Positions 45,684-54,082 of a stretch of DNA of 64,000 nt are shown in pieces. The DNA lies in NCBI GenBank assembly GCA_041394285.1, contig JAWKIL010000003.1:186441-250440 (forward strand), written 5' to 3'. The translations under genes and the position numbers were made by a program. Position 1 is the stretch's first letter. Each line of letters opens with the position of its first letter. The stretch is from Acidimicrobiales bacterium (GTDB taxonomy: Bacteria; Actinomycetota; Acidimicrobiia; Acidimicrobiales; SZUA-35). Under the pieces are notes generated by a model, which was not told where the DNA came from, made no database searches, and saw only the letters and a list, made by a program, of their open reading frames with translations.

Positions 45684-46511
45684 ATGATGCTGTGTCTGTG
45701 GAGCGTGAAGGGTGGTTCGGGGTGCACGGTCACCGCCGCCGCCATCGGCCTGCTGGCGGCCGAGGAGGGCGACACCCTCCTCGTCGATCTCACGGGAGAT
45801 CTCGCCCTCGCCCTGGGAGACACCGCCTCCGAGGCTCCGGCGTCGGATGCCGCCGGGTTGGGATGGGGTGTCGCTGGCTGGCTCTCCGCTCCTCATCCGC
45901 CGGGCGACGCCCTGAAGCGGCTCGAACGTCCGATCACACCCCGGCTCTCCCTCCTGCCGCTGGGCCAACCGGCACGGGCGGCCGACGACGGCGAAGGGCA
46001 TGGGATGCCGGGCACAGCGCCGCCGGGCGAGCAGACGGGCCGGGGCGGTGCGGGGCCGGACTGGCCGGCCGCCCCGGCTGATCGGCTCGCCCTGCTGGCC
46101 CGTCTCCTCGCCCGGGACGGCCGGACCGTGGTCGTCGACCTCGGCCTTGGAACGGCGCCGGCCCACCAGGCCGCCTGCGGCCTCCCGCCGGCATGGTCCG
46201 GGTCGGCCATCCACCCGTTCCTCGACGCCGCCACCAGCTCGCTGCTCGTCACCCGGCCCTGCTACCTGTCGCTGCACCGGGCGGCCCGCAGCCGTCAACC
46301 CGACGGGATCGTGCTCGTCGACGAGCCGGGCCGCGTCCTGCGCCCGGCCGACGTGGCCGGAGCGCTCACCGTTCCCGTGGTGGCCTTCGTGCCGTGGGAG
46401 GCGGCCGTGTCCCGCGCTGTCGACGCCGGTCTGATCGCCCAGCGGGTGCCCCGGGCCCTGCAGTCGTTGTGGTCGGTGATCCCGGCCGCAACGGGGGTGG
46501 CCGGGCGGTGA
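45684..46511 (+). CDS. CpaE/ParA-like P-loop protein of the actinobacterial helicase/secretion neighbourhood
   Basis: GGGAGG lies upstream of the ATG. Deviant Walker A: WSVKGGSGCT. It sits first in the Tad-like operon. Confidence 0.55.
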   Translation: MMLCLWSVKGGSGCTVTAAAIGLLAAEEGDTLLVDLTGDLALALGDTASEAPASDAAGLGWGVAGWLSAPHPPGDALKRLERPITPRLSLLPLGQPARAADDGEGHGMPGTAPPGEQTGRGGAGPDWPAAPADRLALLARLLARDGRTVVVDLGLGTAPAHQAACGLPPAWSGSAIHPFLDAATSSLLVTRPCYLSLHRAARSRQPDGIVLVDEPGRVLRPADVAGALTVPVVAFVPWEAAVSRAVDAGLIAQRVPRALQSLWSVIPAATGVAGR

Positions 46512-47611
46512 CGGGGCTGACTGCCCTGGGCGAGCTCGAACGGTGGCTGCAGGACGTCGTCATCGACCATCCCGCGGCCGAGCCGTCCCACTTGGTCGAA
46601 GCCGTACGCCAGGCCGCTCCGCTGCTCGACACCACCACCGTGGCCGCCCTGGTGGAACGGGTACGGGGCCGGGCCCGCCTCGACGGGCTCGGTGCCCTCC
46701 AACCCCTGTTCGACGACTCGGAGGTCACCGAGATCATGATCAACGGGCCAGGTCCCGTCTGGGCCGACCGGGGCGGCCGGTTGGAGCCGGTCGATGTACT
46801 CCTCGGCCCCCACGACATCGGTCTGCTGGTCGAGCGGATCCTCGAGCCGCTGGGTCTCCGGGTCGATCGCACCAGTCCCTGGGTCGATGCCCGCCTGCCC
46901 GACGGATCGCGGGTCAACGTGGTGGTGCCGCCCCTCGCTCTCGACGGCCCTGTGGTGACGATCCGCCGGTTCGCCGCCCATCCGGTGCCGCTCGCTTCCT
47001 TCGGCCCGCCACCGCTGGAAGACCTCCTCGTACGGGCCATGGCCGAGCGCCGGACGATCATGGTGGTGGGGGCCACGGGCGCCGGCAAGACCACGCTCCT
47101 CAACGCCCTGGCCGCCACGCTCGACCCTCACGAACGGGTGATCACCATCGAAGACACGGCGGAGCTCAGCTTCCCCGGCCGTCACGTGGTGCGGTTGGAA
47201 GCCCGCCCCGCCAGCAGCGAAGGGGTTGGCGCAGTCGACCTCCGGGCCCTGCTCCGTAACGCTCTGCGCATGCGACCCGATCGCCTCGTCATCGGGGAGG
47301 TCCGCGGCGCTGAGGCTCTGGATCTGGTGTTGGCGCTCAACACCGGCCACCGGGGCTCGCTGGCCACCTGCCACGCCAGCGGGCCAACGGGGGCGCTTCG
47401 ACGGCTCGAAGCGCTGGCCCAGATGGGGAGTGTCGACCTTCCCCGCGGGGTCGTCCGGGCCCAGCTGGCCGACGCCCTCGACCTGATCGTCACGGTGGCC
47501 CGGACGGCCGACGGCGCCCGGCGCGTCGTCGCCGTCAACGCCGTGGAAGACGGCGACGAGGTCGAGGCAGGCGAGCCGATCCGCACCACGCCGCTGTGGG
47601 GGCAGCGATGA
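46508..47611 (+). CDS. TadA/CpaF-family secretion ATPase
   Basis: GTG 46508 overlaps the upstream stop (GTGA). Walker A GATGAGKTT. Asp/His boxes (RMRPDRLVIGEVRG, LNTGHRGSLATCHA). Confidence 0.85.
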   Translation: MTGLTALGELERWLQDVVIDHPAAEPSHLVEAVRQAAPLLDTTTVAALVERVRGRARLDGLGALQPLFDDSEVTEIMINGPGPVWADRGGRLEPVDVLLGPHDIGLLVERILEPLGLRVDRTSPWVDARLPDGSRVNVVVPPLALDGPVVTIRRFAAHPVPLASFGPPPLEDLLVRAMAERRTIMVVGATGAGKTTLLNALAATLDPHERVITIEDTAELSFPGRHVVRLEARPASSEGVGAVDLRALLRNALRMRPDRLVIGEVRGAEALDLVLALNTGHRGSLATCHASGPTGALRRLEALAQMGSVDLPRGVVRAQLADALDLIVTVARTADGARRVVAVNAVEDGDEVEAGEPIRTTPLWGQR

Positions 47612-48411
47612 ACGTCCGGCGGCCCCGGGCATTGGTCCACTCCACAGCCACCCGCCGTCCGCTGCCCGGCGGGGTCTGGTTGGCGACAGCCACCGCCGCC
47701 ATCGCAGCAGGGCTTCTCACCGGCAGCCCGGCGCTGACGGTCGGCGGACCGGTGGCTACCGGCTGTGCCTGGCACCGAAGGCGGGTGGATGCGGCGTCCG
47801 CTGGCCGGGCGGCGTCCGCCGACCGCACGATCGAGCTGGTGGCGGCGCTGCTCCAGCATCTCAAGGCGGGTAGCTCGCTGGCCCAGTCGCTTCGCGCCGT
47901 CACATCGGGACCGGGCGCGGGACCTCGGCCGGTGCCGTCCGCCCACCCCGGCCCCGACGAGGTGTTGGCCGGGATCCGGGCCGCCGCCGACGCCGGTGCG
48001 GGGCTGGAGATGGCGCTGGCCCGTGCCGCCGCCCGGGCCGCCGGGGCCGGCATGGTCGGTGGCGACGGCGGCGGGGTCGGGCTGTTGGTACGGACTCTGC
48101 TCGTGCTGGTGCAGCGGGGCGGCCCGGCCCTGCCCGCCCTGGAGCGGCTCGACGACACCCTGCGATCGGCCCGCTGGGTGGAACAGGAGACGGCGGCCCA
48201 GGCCAGCCAGGCGACGGCGTCGGCCCAGGCGTTGGCCGCCCTTCCCGCCCTGTTCGTCGCCGGGCTGGCGCTCCTCGATGCCGACCTGGCCCGGTTCTAC
48301 GCCTTCCATCCGCTGGGCGCCGCCTGCCTCACGACCTCAGCTCTGCTGGGCTACGCCGGGTGGTGGTGGATGCACCGCCTCGTGGCCGCCTCGCTCGGAA
48401 ACGTGTCATGA
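47608..48411 (+). CDS. TadB-like type II secretion system F-family membrane protein
   Basis: ATGA overlap with tadA. It has hydrophobic N- and C-terminal segments, and its position and size fit TadB. Confidence 0.5.
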   Translation: MNVRRPRALVHSTATRRPLPGGVWLATATAAIAAGLLTGSPALTVGGPVATGCAWHRRRVDAASAGRAASADRTIELVAALLQHLKAGSSLAQSLRAVTSGPGAGPRPVPSAHPGPDEVLAGIRAAADAGAGLEMALARAAARAAGAGMVGGDGGGVGLLVRTLLVLVQRGGPALPALERLDDTLRSARWVEQETAAQASQATASAQALAALPALFVAGLALLDADLARFYAFHPLGAACLTTSALLGYAGWWWMHRLVAASLGNVS

Positions 48412-48941
48412 GCCTGCTGCTGATCGTGGTGGCGGTGGCCGCCGGCTTGGCTGCCGTGCCCGCCCGGCGCCGGCAGCACCGGCGGGCCACCGCCCAGGCG
48501 CTCACGGCGGCCGCTCCGGCCGCCCTCGACCTGTGCGCCGTGGTCCTCGGGGCGGGTGGCACCATCGGTGACGCACTGGCTGCCCTCGCCGCCAGCGGCC
48601 CCGAACCGGTACGGGCGGCCGCCAACCGGGCGCTGGCCCGGGCCGCTGCCGGCGACGGGCTCGATCTTGCTCTCCGCTGGCTCCAGGCCGACCTCGGCCC
48701 GGCTCTCCAACCGCTCACCGGTGCCCTCCTGCTGGCCCGGCAGCAGGGCGGACCGGTGGGTCTCACCCTGTCCCGGCTGGCGGCCGAAGCATCGGCCGGG
48801 CGGCGCCGGCTGGGCGAGGTCCGGGCCCGTCGCCTGCCTGTCGCCCTGCTCGTCCCGCTGGTGGCGTGTTCGCTGCCGGCCGTGATCGTGGGCGCCGTCG
48901 TGCCGCTGGCCGTCGTCGCCTTCCGCCAGATCCGGCTGTGA
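48408..48941 (+). CDS. TadC-like type II secretion system F-family membrane protein
   Basis: ATGA overlap with the upstream gene. It has an N-terminal TM and two C-terminal TMs. The assignment rests on position. Confidence 0.5.
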   Translation: MSLLLIVVAVAAGLAAVPARRRQHRRATAQALTAAAPAALDLCAVVLGAGGTIGDALAALAASGPEPVRAAANRALARAAAGDGLDLALRWLQADLGPALQPLTGALLLARQQGGPVGLTLSRLAAEASAGRRRLGEVRARRLPVALLVPLVACSLPAVIVGAVVPLAVVAFRQIRL

Positions 48942-49000
48942 GCCCGCACCTGCACCTTCCCCCGCCCGAACCCGTCCACCGCACGAAGGAGCAGTCCACC

Positions 49001-49252
49001 ATGGACGACCCCACCACCAACCCCACACCACCACCGGCGGTCTCGTCGCCGCCGGTCCCGTCTCCGCCGCCGGTCCCGTCGCCCGGCGCCAAACGCCGCT
49101 CGGAACGGGGCCAGGCCACCGCCGAGTACGCCCTCGTGATGCTGGCGGCCGCCGCCATCGCGGGCCTGCTGCTGGCCTGGGCCGCGTCCACCGACGGGAT
49201 CGGCCGGTTGCTCGACGCCGTCATGCAGTCGATCATCGACGATGCAGGGTGA
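49001..49252 (+). CDS. Flp-like / DUF4244 small pilin-like protein
   Basis: GAAGGAG lies upstream of ATG 49001. A Pro-rich leader is followed by GQATAEYALVMLAAAAIAGLLL (the G/xxxxEY Flp-type motif plus a TM). Confidence 0.55.
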   Translation: MDDPTTNPTPPPAVSSPPVPSPPPVPSPGAKRRSERGQATAEYALVMLAAAAIAGLLLAWAASTDGIGRLLDAVMQSIIDDAG

Positions 49253-49647
49253 GGCCGTGCCGGCGGGGCCGGGGCCGGCCGCCGCAACCCGATCGGGGGC
49301 AGGCCACGGTCGAGCTCGTCCTCGTGCTGCCGGTCGTGGCCACCGTGCTGCTGGCGGTGGTGCAGGTGGGCCTCGTGGTCCGCGATCAGGTCCTGGTGGT
49401 CCATGCCGCCCGGGAGGCGGCCCGGGCCGCCGCCGTCGACCCGTCGGGTGGCGCCGCCCGGGAGGCAGCGGCCGCTGCCACGGGCCTGGATCCGGGGCGA
49501 CTCGGGGTGACGGTGGGACCGCAGCGCGCCCCCGGCCAACGCCTGGCGGTGACCGTCACCTACACCGCACCCACCCGGGTGCCCGTGGTGGGAGCCCTCG
49601 TGGGCGACCTGCGGTTGCAGGCGGAGGTCACCACCCGGGTCGAGTGA
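49249..49647 (+). CDS. TadE-family pilus assembly/minor pilin-like protein
   Basis: GQATVELVLVLPVVATVLLAVVQV is the TadE N-terminal motif. It overlaps the upstream stop. Confidence 0.6.
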   Translation: MRPCRRGRGRPPQPDRGQATVELVLVLPVVATVLLAVVQVGLVVRDQVLVVHAAREAARAAAVDPSGGAAREAAAAATGLDPGRLGVTVGPQRAPGQRLAVTVTYTAPTRVPVVGALVGDLRLQAEVTTRVE

Positions 49648-49685
49648 GTGCCCAACGGCCGGGCCGGGCCCGCCGCGCCCCGGGC

Positions 49686-52049
49686 TCAGAACGGCTCGGC
49701 GTCACCCAACGTGGTGCGGATCAGGGCCAGCGCCGCCCACCGGTCGAGAGGGTCGTTGCCGTTGCCGCACTTGGGCGACTGGACGCACGACGGGCACCCC
49801 GAGCTGCAACCACACCGCTCGAGCACCTCGGCCGTGGCCGCCAGATGCCGGTCGGCGGCGGCGAACGCCAGGTCGGCCACCCCCACCCCGCCGGGATAGC
49901 CGTCGTAGATGAACACCGAGGCCAGCCCCTCGGGGCCGCACGCGGTGGAGACGCCGCCCACATCCCACCGGTCGCAGATCGTGAACAGGGGCAGGATGCC
50001 GATTGCGGCGTGCTCGGCGGCGTGCAGGGCCCCTGGCAGGGCGTGGGACACCACGCCGGCCGCCATGATCACGTCGGGCTGCCACTCGTACCAGATGGCC
50101 GAGGTCACCAGCTCCTGGGGCGGCAGGTCGAGATCGTGGCTCGACAGCAGCGTGCGGGTCACGGCCTCCTTCACCTGGTAGCCGGTGACGGTGGTGGTCA
50201 CCCGGACCAGACCCAGGTGCAAGCGTGCGGCGCCCACCAGCTTGGTGCGGGCGGTCTCCAGCACCTGGATGTCGATGTCGGATCGGGCCTGGGTCCAGGT
50301 CGAGCCGTCGTCCAGCTGCACCCGGGCCACCCGGGCCGCCAGGTCGAGGTCGGCGACCCGCCAGGGCTGCCCCCGGTGGAGGTAGATGGCGCCGGGGTGC
50401 ACGATGCTCGCCGCCCGGCTGTCCTCCACCGTGCCGACCAGCCCGTCGTCGCCGTCGAGGATGCGGATCTCCCCGCTGGAGGCCGATCGCAGCCCGATCC
50501 GGTTGAACGGCACCCCCCGCCCGTTCCACACCGCCTGGGGCTCCCGGTGGCGGCCCGGCCGCACCCGCAACTCGTCGGCCAGCACCGAGCGGTGCACGCC
50601 GTCGTCGAGGTCGTGCCACCAGCGGTCGTCGTGGGGTTGCAGCGGAGACTCGTAGGCGGCGCAGCCCAGGTGTGGATCCCGCACGTTCGGATTCTCCACG
50701 TTCACCACCACCGGCTCCGGTGCCCGGGCGAACAGGTCGTCGGGGTGGTTGACGAACCACTGGTCGAGCTGGTCGTCACCCGCTACCAGCACGGCCAGCG
50801 ACGGCCGCCCGGACCGGCCCGAGCGCCCGATCTGCTGCCACAGCGAGGCGATCGTGCCCGGGAACCCGCACAGCACGGTGGCGTCGAGGCCGCTGATGTC
50901 CACCCCCAGCTCGAGGGCCGATGTGGTCACCACCGCTCGCAGGGCGCCGGCGGCCAGCTCCGCCTCGATCTCCCGCCGCTCGGCCGCCAGGTAACCAGAC
51001 CGGTACGGCCTGACGGCACTGGCCAGCTCGGTCGGAAGGGCTCGGGCCACCCCCAGCGCCACCCGTTCGGTCAGGGCCCGGCTGGCGCAGAACGTGATCA
51101 CCCGGTGCCCGTGGATCACCAGCTCGGCCACCGTGCGGATGGTCTCGGTGGCCGGGCTCTGGCGGGCCGCTCCCCGGTCTCGCTCGTCCCGGCCACCGTC
51201 GACGGCGTAGGGAGAGCTCAGGAGCGCCGGCTGCACGATGGCGATGCGGCGCTCACCGCAGGGCGAGCCGTCGTCGGTGACGGCCACCACCGGCTTGTGG
51301 CACAGGTCCGCCGCCAGGCGCTCGGGCTGGCCGATCGTGGCCGAGCAGAACACGAACGTGGGGTCGGACCCGTAGCGGTGGCACAGGCGCCGCAGCCGGC
51401 GCAGCACGTGGGCCACGTGGGTGCCGAAGATGCCCCGCAGCACATGGAGCTCATCGATCACCACGTACTCCAGGCGCTTCAGGAACGTGGCCCACTTGGC
51501 GTGGGTGGGCAGGATGCCGTGATGGAGCATCTCGGGGTTGGTGAGCACCACATTGGCGTTGGCCCGGGCCCACGAACGCTCCTCCCGGGACGCGTCGCCG
51601 TCGTAGGCCACCGCCACCAGGCCGGGCACGCCGAGCTGGCCGAAGCTGCGCAGCTGGTCCTGGGCCAGGGCCTTGGTGGGGTAGAGGAGGAGCGACGTTC
51701 CCGGCCGCAGGCCGGTCACCACCGACTCGGCGATCGGCAGCTGGTAGCACAGCGACTTGCCCGACGCCGTGCCGGTGGCGACCACCACCGAGTGCCCGTC
51801 GCGCACCAGGTCCACCGCCGCCGCCTGATGGCTCCACAGCCCCCCGGGCGGCAGACAGTGCCCGATGGCGGCGGGCAGGGGCCGGGCCAGCGGTGCGGTC
51901 CGGCCGGGGCGGGCGGCCTGGCGCTCCACGTGGACGAGGCGCCCGTCGGCCGCCAGCGCATCCAGCACCGCCTCGATCGACTGCTCCAGGCTGTCGGCGG
52001 GCGGGGCCGGACCGCAGGCCGTCTCCGCTTCCGCGACAGCCGTGTCCAC
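49686..52049 (-). CDS. DEAD/DEAH-box helicase with a C-terminal DUF1998 Zn-finger domain (MrfA/YprA-like; the helicase of the helicase/secretion neighbourhood)
   Basis: Walker A TGTASGKS, DELH box, and helicase C motifs. The C-terminal CGCSSGCPSCVQSPKCGNGN is a four-Cys cluster. Confidence 0.8.
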   Translation of the reverse strand: MDTAVAEAETACGPAPPADSLEQSIEAVLDALAADGRLVHVERQAARPGRTAPLARPLPAAIGHCLPPGGLWSHQAAAVDLVRDGHSVVVATGTASGKSLCYQLPIAESVVTGLRPGTSLLLYPTKALAQDQLRSFGQLGVPGLVAVAYDGDASREERSWARANANVVLTNPEMLHHGILPTHAKWATFLKRLEYVVIDELHVLRGIFGTHVAHVLRRLRRLCHRYGSDPTFVFCSATIGQPERLAADLCHKPVVAVTDDGSPCGERRIAIVQPALLSSPYAVDGGRDERDRGAARQSPATETIRTVAELVIHGHRVITFCASRALTERVALGVARALPTELASAVRPYRSGYLAAERREIEAELAAGALRAVVTTSALELGVDISGLDATVLCGFPGTIASLWQQIGRSGRSGRPSLAVLVAGDDQLDQWFVNHPDDLFARAPEPVVVNVENPNVRDPHLGCAAYESPLQPHDDRWWHDLDDGVHRSVLADELRVRPGRHREPQAVWNGRGVPFNRIGLRSASSGEIRILDGDDGLVGTVEDSRAASIVHPGAIYLHRGQPWRVADLDLAARVARVQLDDGSTWTQARSDIDIQVLETARTKLVGAARLHLGLVRVTTTVTGYQVKEAVTRTLLSSHDLDLPPQELVTSAIWYEWQPDVIMAAGVVSHALPGALHAAEHAAIGILPLFTICDRWDVGGVSTACGPEGLASVFIYDGYPGGVGVADLAFAAADRHLAATAEVLERCGCSSGCPSCVQSPKCGNGNDPLDRWAALALIRTTLGDAEPF

Positions 52050-52138
52050 CGGGCCATCCTAGCTCCACCCGCACAACAGTTCGGGTCTGGGCAGGCCTGC
52101 CCGCTCAACGACCGGGCGGGCCCTGCCGATGGAACGCA

Positions 52139-53530
52139 ATGGTCCCCCCGGCTCCGGAGCAGCAACCCCGCTCCCTCCCCGTTCCTGCGCCCGGTCGGGC
52201 CGCAGCCGAGGCGTTCGTCATCACGCACCTGGCCCACCTCGTCGATCGGCGGGCGGCGGCCAACCAGCCGCTCTCCTCCGCCCGGTTCCGGGGCGGCCAG
52301 CGGGCCGCCGACGAGGCCCTGGCCCGGTTCCGGGTCGAGGGCTACCAGCACGGCATCGAGATCGCCTACCCCCAGCGTGATCGCGCCGGCTCGGTACTCT
52401 CCCCCTGGGTCCGCAACGGGCTGCTCCCCCTGGGCCGGCTGTGGGACCATGTGGCCGACGGCCCTCCCGCCGACGTCGCCGCCTTCCGGTGGTCGCTGCT
52501 GCGCTCCGAACGGGCCCGGCTCCGTTACGCCGCCGGCGCGGCATCGCCCGCCGGTTCCCGGGCGTCCGCCCCGGCCGAGCCCGCACGCCGCCCGGAGTCC
52601 ACCGCCCCCGGGCTCGCCGTCGGCTGGGACCGCCAGATGGCCTGTGTCGACGTCGCCCTCGACGAGTTGGCCGACGACGGCTGGCTCCCCACCTCACCCC
52701 GGCGCTGGCTGGCCCAGCTGTGCGACGGCGGCTCCGACGGCGACCTGTTCCGCCACCTCCTCGACGGCACCCGGGCCGTCACGCCGCCGGCCTGGGCCGC
52801 GGCCCGGGCCGCGACCCCGGTCTCCCGCTGGCAGGTGGAACGCCACGCCCCCGGCCTGTGCGCCAGCTGCGACCTGGTGACCGCCTGCCCGGTAGACCAC
52901 GAGCTGCCCACCCTGGTGGCCCCGTCGGGCCGTCACTCCGGCCCGGCCGGTGCGATCGACGCCCCGGGCCACGCCGTCGATGACGGGCCCCTACCCCCGT
53001 TGCCCGCCGAAGCCCTCGGGCCCGACGCGCCCACCACCCGGGCCGACCGGGCCCCCGAGGCGGTGTGGATCACGGCCGAGTCGATGGGTGACGCCGATCC
53101 CGGGCTCGTCGCCCACCCCGACCTTCCCGCTGTGTTCGTCTTCGACGAGCCGCTGCTGACCGGGCTCCGCCTCGCCCCCCGACGGCTGGTTTTCCTGGTG
53201 GAGCACCTGAGTGACCTCGCCACCCGCCGCCCGGTCGAGGTATGGCTGGGCTCCCCGGTGGCCGTCCTGGCCGACCGGCCGGTGGCCGTCACATTCACCC
53301 CCGTGCCCGGGTGGCACCGGCGCCAGGCCCGGATCGCCCCGGTGATGATCCATCCATGGCCCTGGTTGGGGCGACATCTCAGTGCCCCGGGAATTGGCGG
53401 CCAAACGGCAAATGCCATCGATGTAATGAAAACTGGGGGGAGTCAGTTTCCCCATCCCCGACCCATTGACCAGCAGGAACCATCAGCCACAGAATCTTCA
53501 ACTGGTCGTAACATTGGGGCACTGGTGTAG
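52139..53530 (+). CDS. photolyase/cryptochrome-related protein with apparently reversed domain order
   Basis: The N-terminal part has FAD_binding_7-like motifs (FRGGQRAADEALARF, RDRAGSVLSPW, DELADDGWLPTSPRRW). The C-terminal part resembles the photolyase alpha/beta domain (AVFVFDEPLL...RRLVFLVEHLSDL). The last 40 codons run into an AT-richer region. Confidence 0.45.
   Translation: MVPPAPEQQPRSLPVPAPGRAAAEAFVITHLAHLVDRRAAANQPLSSARFRGGQRAADEALARFRVEGYQHGIEIAYPQRDRAGSVLSPWVRNGLLPLGRLWDHVADGPPADVAAFRWSLLRSERARLRYAAGAASPAGSRASAPAEPARRPESTAPGLAVGWDRQMACVDVALDELADDGWLPTSPRRWLAQLCDGGSDGDLFRHLLDGTRAVTPPAWAAARAATPVSRWQVERHAPGLCASCDLVTACPVDHELPTLVAPSGRHSGPAGAIDAPGHAVDDGPLPPLPAEALGPDAPTTRADRAPEAVWITAESMGDADPGLVAHPDLPAVFVFDEPLLTGLRLAPRRLVFLVEHLSDLATRRPVEVWLGSPVAVLADRPVAVTFTPVPGWHRRQARIAPVMIHPWPWLGRHLSAPGIGGQTANAIDVMKTGGSQFPHPRPIDQQEPSATESSTGRNIGALV
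53466..53495 (+). promoter_or_regulatory. possible sigma-70-type promoter (TTGACC - 18 nt - CAGAAT)
   Basis: Read in the only AT-richer stretch upstream of 53533. The call rests on a pattern match only. Confidence 0.25.
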
Positions 53531-53532
53531 AT

Positions 53533-53976
53533 TTGGTGACAATGGATTCTGAGTTGCCCCTTACTGAATCCAACCTCGTCGAGATCGAGATTCCGTCTCG
53601 TGTCGACATGGTGGCCGTCGTGCGGATGATCGTCGCCGCCGCTACCAACGCGGTGGACGCCATCCACGGCGAACGGCTCGACGATCTCCGCTGGGTGACG
53701 TCCGAAGCGACAACCAACGCCATCGAAGCGAACCTCCAACACGCCGACGACGGTCGGGTGCAGGTTCGCTGCGAGGTGGCCGAGGGATGCGTGAAGCTCG
53801 CCGTGAGCGATCAGGGCCCCGGGATGCCGGCGGTGGCCGCGGTGGCGGATCTGGCCGACCACCGTCCCCTGTCCGCCGGGTCGCTCGGGATCCCCCTCAT
53901 GAAGCATTTCTCCAGCGCCTGGTCCTACCAGTCCGGCCTCGGCGGCACCACGGTTCAGATGGAGTTGCACCAGTAG
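53533..53976 (+). CDS. anti-sigma regulatory factor (HATPase_c Ser kinase, RsbW/SpoIIAB-like)
   Basis: 147 aa with an N-box-like TSEATTNAIE and a G-box SDQGPGMP...GSLGIPLM. Confidence 0.6.
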   Translation: MVTMDSELPLTESNLVEIEIPSRVDMVAVVRMIVAAATNAVDAIHGERLDDLRWVTSEATTNAIEANLQHADDGRVQVRCEVAEGCVKLAVSDQGPGMPAVAAVADLADHRPLSAGSLGIPLMKHFSSAWSYQSGLGGTTVQMELHQ

Positions 53977-54082
53977 GAGGGGGGCCGCGATTAGGCCGAC
54001 CTACTGCTGAGTAGTTCCTTGTCCGAACCAAATTGCCTGGGATGTTGGCAAAAGGGCCCTACATCTTCCTAGCCTGCCGAAC

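Noticed and set aside
53200-53532. Search for a hidden STAS-domain (anti-anti-sigma) gene upstream of the anti-sigma kinase.
   Set aside because: None of the three plus frames gives a STAS-like sequence. The region is the tail of ORF 52139..53530 followed by an AT-richer leader.
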